This document shows positions 18,302-26,187 of a stretch of DNA of 50,817 nucleotides, piece by piece. Source of the DNA: Acidimicrobiales bacterium (lineage in GTDB: Bacteria > Actinomycetota > Acidimicrobiia > Acidimicrobiales > JBEIGA01); assembly GCA_040382135.1 (NCBI GenBank), contig JBEIGA010000001.1, positions 1 through 50,817 on the forward strand, read 5' to 3'. Under the pieces are notes generated by a model. It made no database searches and was not told the origin of the DNA. It worked only from the letters and a program-made list of their open reading frames with translations. The position numbers and the translations under genes are program-made. Every line of letters starts with the position of its first letter. The first letter of the stretch is position 1.

Positions 18302-19204
18302 ATGTCCGTGCCCGACGCCCTCGCCATCGACATCGGCGGCACCAAGCTCGCCGTGGCCCGCGTCGACGAGCAGGGGCGGGCGACCGGCAGGCTGACGGCG
18401 CCGACCCCCGCTGCGGGGACGGCGGCCGGGATGTTCGCGGCGCTCTGGACGTTGGTCGACGAGGTCCTCGAGGACGGACCGGTCGAGGTCTGCGGCGTCG
18501 GCTGCGGCGGCCCGATGACGCCGGGCGGCGAGCTCGTCTCGCCGCTCAACATCCCCGCCTGGCGGGAGGTGCCGCTGCGCTCGGTCCTCGCCGACCGGCT
18601 CGGGCTGCCGGTCTTCGTCGACAACGACGCCAAGGCGCTGGCGTTGGGGGAGGGGTGGTGCGGCGCCGCAGCGGGCTGCCGCGACTACCTCGCCATGGTG
18701 GTCTCCACCGGGGTCGGCGGCGGGATCGTCCTCGACGGGCGCCTGCTCGACGGTGCCGCCGGGAACGCCGGGCACGTGGGTCACGTGGTGGTGGTGCCCG
18801 ACGGCGCGGCGTGCGCCTGCGGTGCACCGGGGTGTCTGGAGGCCGAGATCTCGGGCCCGTCGATCGCCCGGCGCACCGGACGTCCTCCGGCGGAGGCCGA
18901 CGAGGCGGAGCGGTTGCGCGCCGGCACGCTGCTCGGCCGCGGGATCGCCGCCGTGGCGGTGCTGCTCGACCTGCGGCTCGCGGTCGTGGCGGGTTCGGTG
19001 GCGCTCGGCTTCGGTGAACCCTTCCTGGCGGCGGCCCAGGCCGAGTTGGACCGCACGTGCCGCATCGCGTACGCACGAGGGACCGAGGTCCGGCGGGCCG
19101 GCCTCGGCGACCTTGGACCCGTGGTCGGCGCCGCCGCGGTCGGCTGGCGGGGGATCGGGGCGCTCGGAGGGGCCGGAGGGCTCGGAGGGATGGCGCAGGC
19201 ATGA
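18302..19204 (+). CDS. ROK-family kinase or regulator-less ROK protein (canonical zinc motif)
   Basis: In-frame ATG at 18302 inside ORF 16670..19204. LAIDIGGTKLAV, VSTGVGGGIVLDGRLLDGAAGNAGHVGH, and the zinc motif CACGAPGCLE. Confidence 0.85.
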   Translation: MSVPDALAIDIGGTKLAVARVDEQGRATGRLTAPTPAAGTAAGMFAALWTLVDEVLEDGPVEVCGVGCGGPMTPGGELVSPLNIPAWREVPLRSVLADRLGLPVFVDNDAKALALGEGWCGAAAGCRDYLAMVVSTGVGGGIVLDGRLLDGAAGNAGHVGHVVVVPDGAACACGAPGCLEAEISGPSIARRTGRPPAEADEAERLRAGTLLGRGIAAVAVLLDLRLAVVAGSVALGFGEPFLAAAQAELDRTCRIAYARGTEVRRAGLGDLGPVVGAAAVGWRGIGALGGAGGLGGMAQA

Positions 19205-19482
19205 GCACGACGACACCTGCGACCAGCCCGGGCGGCGGGCTGTGGGCCTGGCGGCGCCCGGTCCTGGCCGTCCTGCGGCGCCCCGACCTGTGGTTCGCCG
19301 CGGTCGTCGCCCTGGTCCGTCTGGCGCCCCGTGGCTGGTGGCGGCGGGCGCCGTTCCTCCCCCTGCCGGACAGAGCGTGGATGGCATTCCGGCTGACCAC
19401 TGCGTACGGCGACCCGAACCGCGCCATCGAGCCGGACGATCTCGTCGCCTGGCTCCGCTGGACCCGTCGGTTCCCGTCCTGA
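19201..19482 (+). CDS. hypothetical small Trp/Arg-rich protein
   Basis: The ATG at 19201 overlaps the ROK stop (ATGA). 93 codons with strong G/C third-position bias. No family recognised. Confidence 0.45.
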   Translation: MSTTTPATSPGGGLWAWRRPVLAVLRRPDLWFAAVVALVRLAPRGWWRRAPFLPLPDRAWMAFRLTTAYGDPNRAIEPDDLVAWLRWTRRFPS

Positions 19483-19499
19483 TCGGGGACGAGGACGAC

Positions 19500-20246
19500 G
19501 TGGACTCGTCCGGCGACGGGACGTACGGTGCCGCCCGGCGCGTCGGTCGCTGGGACATCTCGCACGTGGAGGGGACCGTCGCCGATCTGCACGAGCGGGC
19601 GATCCCGCAGCTGGAGCGGCCGATCGTCTGGGTGTGCCGGTTCATCGACGCCGCCGTCGTGCTCGGCAGCGCCCAAGGACCCGACGTCGTCGACGAGCAG
19701 GTCGCCGTGGCCGACGGCCTCACCGTGGTCCGGCGCCGCTCGGGCGGTGGTGCCGTGCTGCTGGTCCCGGGCGACGTCCTGTGGGTCGACCTGTTGGTCC
19801 CGGCCGGCGACCCGCTCTGGCGTGACGACGTGATCGGCGCCGCCGGCTGGGTGGGCGACCTCTGGGCCGACCTCCTCGCGCCGCTCCTGCCGCCGGCCGC
19901 CCCCCGGCCGGTGGTGCACCGGGGCGGTCTGGTGACCGCGCCCTGGAGCGGGCTCGTGTGCTTCGCCGGCATCGGGGCCGGTGAGGTCACGCTCGGAGAG
20001 GGCGGTCCAAAGATGGTCGGGGTCTCGCAACGGCGCACCCGGGCTGCGGCCCGGTTCCAGTGCGCCGTCCTGCTGCGCTGGGATCCGGCCCGACTCCTCG
20101 CTGCGGCGCAGCTCGACCCCGCCGACCGCGCTGATGCGCTCGCCGCGGTCCTCCCGCGGGCCGCAGGCCTGGCCGAGGTGACCGGGCGCGGCCCGGACGA
20201 CCTGGCCGGCGCGCTCCTGGCCGCCCTGCCCGCCGCTCTGCCCTGA
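19500..20246 (+). CDS. lipoate-protein ligase / BPL-LplA-LipB domain protein
   Basis: GTG at 19500, in frame with ORF 18753..20246. VVRRRSGGGAVLL (the LplA RRxSGGGAV motif) and the lysine context KMVGVSQRRTR. Confidence 0.7.
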   Translation: MDSSGDGTYGAARRVGRWDISHVEGTVADLHERAIPQLERPIVWVCRFIDAAVVLGSAQGPDVVDEQVAVADGLTVVRRRSGGGAVLLVPGDVLWVDLLVPAGDPLWRDDVIGAAGWVGDLWADLLAPLLPPAAPRPVVHRGGLVTAPWSGLVCFAGIGAGEVTLGEGGPKMVGVSQRRTRAAARFQCAVLLRWDPARLLAAAQLDPADRADALAAVLPRAAGLAEVTGRGPDDLAGALLAALPAALP

Positions 20247-20377
20247 CGCCGACGCAGCGCTGATCCGGCGCAGGTTCCCGCCCTCGTTCCGGCGGCGGCC
20301 CGGCCGCGCCTCCGCCACACCACGTCACGGAACGTGTGTTCGATCCTACCCTCCGTCGATTTTCGCGCCCCGGTTCC

Positions 20378-20407
20378 TTGACCCTGCGACACGGAGGGGC
20401 ATAGGGT
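20378..20407 (+). promoter_or_regulatory. candidate dcw (mraZ) promoter: TTGACC-18 nt-TAGGGT
   Basis: -35 TTGACC at 20378-20383. -10 TAGGGT (TANNNT type) at 20402-20407. It lies in the lowest-GC patch of the window, about 160 nt upstream of mraZ. Confidence 0.4.
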
Positions 20408-20431
20408 GGAGCGCTGTGGAGGGAAGTGGAG
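20406..20431 (+). promoter_or_regulatory. three phased GTGGAG direct repeats: candidate MraZ operator
   Basis: GTGGAG at 20406-20411, 20416-20421 and 20426-20431, an exact 10-bp period. The array overlaps or immediately follows the putative -10. Confidence 0.6.
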
Positions 20432-20566
20432 TGAAGAGTTGGCACAAAGGTGCCGATAGGGGGCAGGATGTTTGGCATCGACGTCGCCACCCGCTCGCCG
20501 CTCCGTTCGCCCCGGCTCTCGCCCGGGCGCCCCGTCCGGGGTCGGCCCCAGCGCGGGGAGGCCTGA

Positions 20567-20995
20567 ATGGCCCCGCTGGTCGGCACGTATCCGCACACGC
20601 TGGATCCGAAGGGCCGGCTCGTCCTGCCCTCGAAGTTCCGCACCCATTTCGGCGAGAGCCTCTACGTCTCGCCGAGCAAGGGCTGTCTGGCGCTGTGGTC
20701 GCCCGAGGAGTTCGAGCAGCAGCTCGTCCGGCTCACGACCGAGGCACGCGACGCCCGGATGTCCGACACCGCCTGGCGGGCCGTCGCAGCCCGCTCGGAG
20801 GAGGTGCGCCAGGACTCGCAGGGCCGGATCCTGCTGCCCTCCAAGCTCCGGGAGATGGCCCGGCTGGATCGGGACGTGATCGTCACCGGGGCCATCAACC
20901 GGCTCGAGATCTGGGACGCCGCCACCTGGCAGGCCATGGAGGCCGACCTGGATGCGGCGGTCTTCGAGGAGCTCAGCGGCCCGCTGGGCATCTGA
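20567..20995 (+). CDS. mraZ: transcriptional regulator MraZ
   Basis: 142 aa. GGGGAGG RBS 6 nt upstream. Duplicated SpoVT/AbrB-like halves with DPKGRLVLPSKFR and DSQGRILLPSKLR. Confidence 0.95.
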   Translation: MAPLVGTYPHTLDPKGRLVLPSKFRTHFGESLYVSPSKGCLALWSPEEFEQQLVRLTTEARDARMSDTAWRAVAARSEEVRQDSQGRILLPSKLREMARLDRDVIVTGAINRLEIWDAATWQAMEADLDAAVFEELSGPLGI

Positions 20996-21138
20996 GCCCC
21001 CGAGCCGGAGCGTCCGACGCCGTCGGCACCGCAGTGCAACCCACCGCGGCTCACACCTGAGCCGTCACCGAACGCGCCGTACCGACACCGCACACGAGGG
21101 GAGGAACCGGGACACCACGACCACGACGAACTCGACGA

Positions 21139-21246
21139 TCGGCAGTCCTCCGATCAGCAGATGGAAGGCCCCTACTCCGCCCGCTTGCCATCAGCTCGAT
21201 CAGGAGAGACAACCTGACGTGCGCCCGCTGATCGGGGGACTGCCGA
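21139..21246 (+). promoter_or_regulatory. 108-nt structured element (20-bp stem) in the rsmH 5' leader; candidate mraW RNA motif
   Basis: 21139-21158 is the reverse complement of 21227-21246 with a single G-U position. Inner GATGG/CCATC pairing is also present. It lies in the 298-bp mraZ-rsmH spacer, 48 nt upstream of the rsmH ATG. Confidence 0.45.
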
Positions 21247-21293
21247 ACGCCGAGATCACGAACCGTTGGACGTGCGCGCCCCGGTGACGGCCG

Positions 21294-22283
21294 ATGACCG
21301 CACCGACGAGTGGATCCGCAGCCGCACCGGACGGAGGGTTCCGCCACGAGCCGGTGCTGCTCGCGGAGGTCCTCGAGGTCCTCCTCCCCGTGGCCCGTGC
21401 CGACATCGGCGGCGGCGTCGTGGTGGACGCCACCCTCGGCGGCGGTGGGCACGCCCTGGCGCTCCTCGAGGCCTCGTCCGAGGTCCGAGTGGTGGGGCTC
21501 GACCGGGACCGCAACGCCCTCGCTGCGGCCGGCCGCAACCTCGCGCCCTTCGCCGACCGTTTCTCCGCCCGCCACGCGGCGTTCGAGGCGATCGCCGAGG
21601 AGGTGCGTGGGCTCGGCATCGGCGCCATCGCGGGCTTCCTGTTCGACCTCGGCGTCAGCAGCCACCAGCTCGACACGGGGGAGCGGGGTTTCAGCTTCCG
21701 CAACGAGGGACCGCTCGACATGCGCATGGACGAGCGCCAGGCGGTGTCCGCGGCCGACGTGGTCAACGGGTACGACGTCCGGCGCCTCGCCACCGTGCTC
21801 CGGACGCTCGGGGACGAGCGTCACGCCGATCGCGTCGCCCGCGCCATCGTGGCCGCCCGGCCGATCGCCACCACCACGGAGCTCGCCGAGATCGTCCGGT
21901 CCGCCATCCCCGCGGCGACGCGTCGGACCGGCGGCCACCCGGCGAAGCGGACCTTCCAGGCGATCCGCATCGAGGTGAACCGCGAGCTCGACCAGCTCCC
22001 GGGCGCGCTCGACGCGGCCATCGACCTCCTCGCACCCCACGGACGCGGCGTGGTCCTCAGCTACCACTCGGGTGAGGACCGCATCGTGAAGGACCGCTTC
22101 GTCACCGCCTCCACCGGTGGCTGCACCTGTCCGCCGCGCCTGCCCTGCGTCTGTGGGGCCGTGCCGTCCGTCCGTCTGCTCCGCCGGGGCTCGGTCACCC
22201 CGAGCGCGGCCGAGCTCGAGGCGAACCCCCGCTCCGCCTCGGCGCGGCTGCGTGCGGTCGAGAAGCTGGCGGTCGCGGCATGA
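21294..22283 (+). CDS. rsmH: 16S rRNA (cytosine1402-N4)-methyltransferase
   Basis: 329 aa. HEPVLLAEVLE, DATLGGGGHA, FDLGVSSHQLD, SYHSGEDRIVK. Confidence 0.95.
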   Translation: MTAPTSGSAAAPDGGFRHEPVLLAEVLEVLLPVARADIGGGVVVDATLGGGGHALALLEASSEVRVVGLDRDRNALAAAGRNLAPFADRFSARHAAFEAIAEEVRGLGIGAIAGFLFDLGVSSHQLDTGERGFSFRNEGPLDMRMDERQAVSAADVVNGYDVRRLATVLRTLGDERHADRVARAIVAARPIATTTELAEIVRSAIPAATRRTGGHPAKRTFQAIRIEVNRELDQLPGALDAAIDLLAPHGRGVVLSYHSGEDRIVKDRFVTASTGGCTCPPRLPCVCGAVPSVRLLRRGSVTPSAAELEANPRSASARLRAVEKLAVAA

Positions 22284-22837
22284 GCCCGGCCGCGGCCAAG
22301 GGCGCGACCTCCCGGTCGTCGAGCCGGTCCTCGGCGGGTCGTGCCCCTGCGCCCAAGCGCCCCCAGCTCCGCGTCGTCCGCCAGCCCCGCCCGGCCCCCA
22401 CCCGCCGGGTCCTCGGCCTGCTCGGCTCGGCCGCCGTGCTCCTGATCTTCGGCAGCCTCCTCGGGCTCGCCGTGCTGCACACCCTGCTGGTCCAGGGGCA
22501 GCTGCGCCTCGATCGGCTCACCACCGAGCTGCAGGCCGAGCAGGAGCGCGCCGTGGAGCTCCGCGTGCAGGTCGCCGACCTCGAGGCGCCGACGCGCATC
22601 CTGGCGGAGGCCGGACGTCTCGGGATGGTGGTGCCCGTTGACCGTGGGTGGCTGGTGCCCGTCGAGCCCGGCGATCCGGACGCACCCCTCCCGCCGCCCG
22701 GCCTGGATCCCTTCGCCCCGGCCTCGCCCGACGATCCGCAGATCGAGGAGCCCGAGCTCGTCGACGACACCCCGGCCGGCCCCCCGCCCGTCGACGATCG
22801 TGCGCCGGACCCGACCGCCGACGGGGGCGAGGGATGA
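22280..22837 (+). CDS. ftsL: FtsL-like cell-division membrane protein with Pro-rich tail
   Basis: ATGA overlap with rsmH. Basic N-terminus, a single TM (LLGSAAVLLIFGSLLGLAVL), then a coiled-coil (LRLDRLTTELQAEQERAVELRVQVADLE). Positioned between rsmH and ftsI. Confidence 0.6.
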   Translation: MSPAAAKGATSRSSSRSSAGRAPAPKRPQLRVVRQPRPAPTRRVLGLLGSAAVLLIFGSLLGLAVLHTLLVQGQLRLDRLTTELQAEQERAVELRVQVADLEAPTRILAEAGRLGMVVPVDRGWLVPVEPGDPDAPLPPPGLDPFAPASPDDPQIEEPELVDDTPAGPPPVDDRAPDPTADGGEG

Positions 22838-24723
22838 GCCGGGGTCGGTCCCGGCGGTCCGGGGCGGACATCCGCCTCCGCCGCCGCGTCGCCAGCCTGT
22901 CCCTGGTCGCCCTCCTCGCGGGTGGCGGCACCGTGTACCGCCTCGTCGAACTGCAGGTGCTGCACCCCGAGCGCTACATGGACTACGGCGAGGCGCAGCG
23001 CATCCGGGTGGTGGACATCCCCGCGGGGCGCGGCGCCATCGTCGACCGCAACGGCAGCGACCTGGTGCTCTCGGTCCCGGCCCCCTCCGTCGTCGCCGAT
23101 CCCGCGCTGGTCGAGGATCCGTGGGTCGCGGCGCAGGCCCTCGTCGGCGTCCTCGGCGGTGACCCCGTCGCGCTGGCCGAGCGCCTCGGCCGTGACGGCC
23201 GCTTCGTGTACGTCGCCCGGGACGTCCGCCCCGACCTCGCGGGTCAGGTCTCGGAGCTCGGTCTCGCGGGCATCCAGGTCGTCGAGGAGCCGAGGCGCAT
23301 CCACCCCGGCGGCGGGGCGGTCGCCACGGCGTTGCTCGGACGCACCGACGGCTGGGAGGTCGGCACCACCGGCCTCGAGCAGCAGTACGACGACGTGCTC
23401 ACCGGGACGCCGGGGGAGCGGGTCGTGGAGACGGCGCCGGGCGGGTTCACGATCCCGACCGGTGAGCAGCGCATCGAGCCCGCCCAGCCGGGGGAGACGC
23501 TCGTCCTCACGATCGACCGCGCGCTCCAGTTCGAGGCCGAGCGGGTCCTCGGCGAGGCCATCCGGCGGACCCGTGCCGACGGGGGCGTGCTCCTCGCCGC
23601 CGACCCGAGGACCGGCGAGATCCTCGCCGACGCGAACCTGGTGCGGAACGAGGCGGGCGAGGTGGTCAACACCTCGAACCACCGTGCCGTCACCTGGTCG
23701 TTCGAGCCCGGCTCGGTGATGAAGCCGGTCACCTTCGCCGGGGTGCTCGAGGATGGCGTCGGCGCGCCGGACTCGGTGCGCACGGTGCCCGACACCTTCA
23801 CCCGCTACGACGTCACCTTCGACGACGACCGGCCCCACCCGCCGGAGCAGTGGTCCATCACCTCGATCCTGTCCGAGTCGTCGAACGTCGGCACCCTCAT
23901 GTGGGCGCAGGACCTCGGCGACGAGCGCCTCCACCACTGGGTCACCGCCTTCGGCTTCGGTGCGCGCACCGGGATCGACGTGCCGAACGAGGAGTACGGC
24001 ATCGTCCCCGATCTCGAGGACTGGTCCGGCGTCTCGCGCGACACGATCTCGTTCGGGCACGGCATCGCCGTGACGCCCGTGCAGCTGCTGACGGCGTACG
24101 CCGCCATCGCGAACGACGGCGTGGCCGTCACCCCGCGGGTCGTGCTCGGGACGCGCAGCGCGGACGGCACCTTCCGGTCGACGCCGGTCGCCGAAGGCCG
24201 ACGCGTCATCTCCGAGCAGACCGCGGGCTGGCTGCAGACGACGCTCGCCCAGGTGGTCCGGGAGGGCACGGGGATGCGCGCCCAGGTGCCGGGCATGGCC
24301 GTCGCCGGGAAGACCGGCACCGCGTGGAAGCCCGCCGACGAGGCGGCCGACTGGACCGAGGACGCCGACCAGGGCGAGGGGTACGAGGGCCGCTACGGCA
24401 TCAAGTACATCGCCAGCTTCGTCGGGTTCCTCCCGGCCGACGATCCGGAGCTGGTCGTGGTCGTCGTCCTCGACGAGCCGCTGGCGCCCGACTACTCCGG
24501 CGGCCGGGCCGCGGCCCCGGCCTTCGCCGAGTTCGCCGGGTTCGCCGCCCGGCAGCTGCGGGTGACCGGCAGCGATGCGGTCGTGGCCACTGAGGGCAAC
24601 CGCGTCCGCGTCGAGGCCCAGCCGATGCCCTCCACCACGACCACGACCCTCCCGTCCGGGAGCGGGGGGAACGGGGACGGGGACGCCGGAACCGCAGCGT
24701 CGACGGGCACGGCCCCCCGGTGA
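22834..24723 (+). CDS. ftsI: class B penicillin-binding protein (division transpeptidase)
   Basis: The in-frame ATG at 22834 overlaps the ftsL stop (ATGA). TM anchor, PBP dimerisation domain, and transpeptidase motifs SVMK (SxxK), SSN, KTGT. Confidence 0.9.
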   Translation: MSRGRSRRSGADIRLRRRVASLSLVALLAGGGTVYRLVELQVLHPERYMDYGEAQRIRVVDIPAGRGAIVDRNGSDLVLSVPAPSVVADPALVEDPWVAAQALVGVLGGDPVALAERLGRDGRFVYVARDVRPDLAGQVSELGLAGIQVVEEPRRIHPGGGAVATALLGRTDGWEVGTTGLEQQYDDVLTGTPGERVVETAPGGFTIPTGEQRIEPAQPGETLVLTIDRALQFEAERVLGEAIRRTRADGGVLLAADPRTGEILADANLVRNEAGEVVNTSNHRAVTWSFEPGSVMKPVTFAGVLEDGVGAPDSVRTVPDTFTRYDVTFDDDRPHPPEQWSITSILSESSNVGTLMWAQDLGDERLHHWVTAFGFGARTGIDVPNEEYGIVPDLEDWSGVSRDTISFGHGIAVTPVQLLTAYAAIANDGVAVTPRVVLGTRSADGTFRSTPVAEGRRVISEQTAGWLQTTLAQVVREGTGMRAQVPGMAVAGKTGTAWKPADEAADWTEDADQGEGYEGRYGIKYIASFVGFLPADDPELVVVVVLDEPLAPDYSGGRAAAPAFAEFAGFAARQLRVTGSDAVVATEGNRVRVEAQPMPSTTTTTLPSGSGGNGDGDAGTAASTGTAPR

Positions 24724-26162
24724 CCGCGCGTCCCATCCCCCTCGCCGCCCTCCTCGAGGCGGCCGGACTGCCCACGGCCGTCCCGGCGGATTCGGGGCAG
24801 GACCCGACGGTGGTCGTCACCGGGGTGCGCCACGACTCCCGTGCGGTGCGTCCCGGCGACCTCTTCTGCTGCGTGCCCGGCGGCACCACCGACGGGCACG
24901 ACCACGCGTCCGCCGCCGTCGCCGCCGGAGCCGTCGCCCTGCTCGTCGAGCGACCGCTGCGCATCGCCGTCCCGCAGGTGGTGGTGCCCGGCGCACGGCC
25001 GGCCATGGCCGCGGTGGCGACCGCGTTCTGGGGTCGGCCGAGCGAGCGGCTCGACGTGGTCGGCGTGACCGGGACGAACGGGAAGACCACCGTGGCCACC
25101 GTGCTCGCCCACGTGCTGTCGACCACCGGACGCCCCACGACCGTGATCGGCACCCTCACGGGCGCCCGGACCACGCCGGAGGCGACCGAGCTCCAGGAGC
25201 TCCTCGCCGGTGCCGTGGAGGGGGGTGACCGCGCCGTGAGCATGGAGGTCTCGTCGCACGCGCTCGACCAGCACCGCGTCGACGGCACGAGGTTCGCGGC
25301 CACGCTGTTCACCAACCTCAGCCGCGACCACCTCGACTACCACGGGACGATGGAGCGGTACTTCGCCGCGAAGGCCCGTCTGTTCGATCCGGCCTTCGGT
25401 CCGCTCGCGGTCATCGACGTCGACGGGCCGCACGGACGCCTGCTCGCCGACACGACCCGGCAGGAACAGGTCGTGCGGGTCAGCCTGGACGCCGCCGACG
25501 TCCGTGCGATCGGCCCGGCACGGATCCGGATCGGCTGGCGTGGCACCGAGCTCGACGCGGCCTTCGGCGGCCGGTTCAACGCCCGCAACCTCCTGCTCGT
25601 CGCCGAGACGGCGGTCGCGCTCGGGGTCGACCCGTCGGACGTCGCCGCTGCGCTCGCGACCGCCGGCCCGGTGCCGGGTCGCTTCGAACCGGTGGACGTC
25701 GGGCAGCCCTACGGGATCGTGGTGGACTACGCCCACACGCCGGACGGCCTGGCCGCCGTCCTCGAGGCCGGTCGGGATGCCATCTCCTCCGGGGCCCGTC
25801 TGATCGTGGTGTTCGGCTGCGGGGGCGACCGCGACCGCACGAAGCGCCCGGCGATGGGCGAGATCGCCTCTCGGCTCGCGGACACGGTCGTCCTCACCTC
25901 CGACAACCCCCGGAGCGAGGACCCCGCTACCATCCTCGCCGAGATCCGGGCCGGGACGACCGTCCCGCCGGCCCTGGTGGAGCCCGACCGGCATCTCGCG
26001 ATCCACGCCGCGTGCGCCTCCGCCCGGCCCGGTGACCTCGTGGTCGTGGCCGGCAAGGGGCACGAGACCACCCAGACGATCGGCGACCGGGTCCTGCCGT
26101 TCGACGACCGCGCGGTCGCCGCGACGGTCGCCCGGACCCTGTTGCAGGAGGACCAACGATGA
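24720..26162 (+). CDS. murE: UDP-N-acetylmuramoyl-L-alanyl-D-glutamate--2,6-diaminopimelate ligase
   Basis: GTGA overlap with ftsI. GVTGTNGKTT, MEVSSHAL, NLSRDHLDYH, GCGGDRDRTKRP, and the DNPR motif (meso-DAP specificity). Confidence 0.95.
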   Translation: MTARPIPLAALLEAAGLPTAVPADSGQDPTVVVTGVRHDSRAVRPGDLFCCVPGGTTDGHDHASAAVAAGAVALLVERPLRIAVPQVVVPGARPAMAAVATAFWGRPSERLDVVGVTGTNGKTTVATVLAHVLSTTGRPTTVIGTLTGARTTPEATELQELLAGAVEGGDRAVSMEVSSHALDQHRVDGTRFAATLFTNLSRDHLDYHGTMERYFAAKARLFDPAFGPLAVIDVDGPHGRLLADTTRQEQVVRVSLDAADVRAIGPARIRIGWRGTELDAAFGGRFNARNLLLVAETAVALGVDPSDVAAALATAGPVPGRFEPVDVGQPYGIVVDYAHTPDGLAAVLEAGRDAISSGARLIVVFGCGGDRDRTKRPAMGEIASRLADTVVLTSDNPRSEDPATILAEIRAGTTVPPALVEPDRHLAIHAACASARPGDLVVVAGKGHETTQTIGDRVLPFDDRAVAATVARTLLQEDQR

Positions 26163-26187
26163 GCCGCAAGCCAGCGGGAGCGCGCCG

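Noticed and set aside
20338-20346. GTTCGATCC, resembling a tRNA T-loop, upstream of mraZ
   Set aside because: No flanking T-stem, acceptor stem or anticodon arm can be drawn around it. It is an isolated 9-mer in the promoter region.
18293-20647. 784-aa and 590-aa minus-strand ORFs spanning the ROK to mraZ-promoter region
   Set aside because: They are antisense to three plus-strand genes with recognisable motifs and cross an obvious promoter region. The composition is Arg/Pro/Ala-rich.
21161-21217. 18-codon ORF (MEGPYSARLPSARSGETT) inside the loop of the mraZ-rsmH hairpin; also a MITE interpretation of the 20-bp inverted repeats
   Set aside because: The mini-ORF has no Shine-Dalgarno sequence and no codon bias. 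For the MITE idea, I see no target-site duplication flanking 21139/21246 and no second copy in the window. The RNA-structure interpretation is preferred.
20416-21287. ORFs 20416..21060, 20472..20879, 20662..21093(-) and 20952..21287 around mraZ
   Set aside because: They overlap the clearly recognisable mraZ frame or the non-coding spacer. Translations are Arg/Pro/Ala-rich without motifs.
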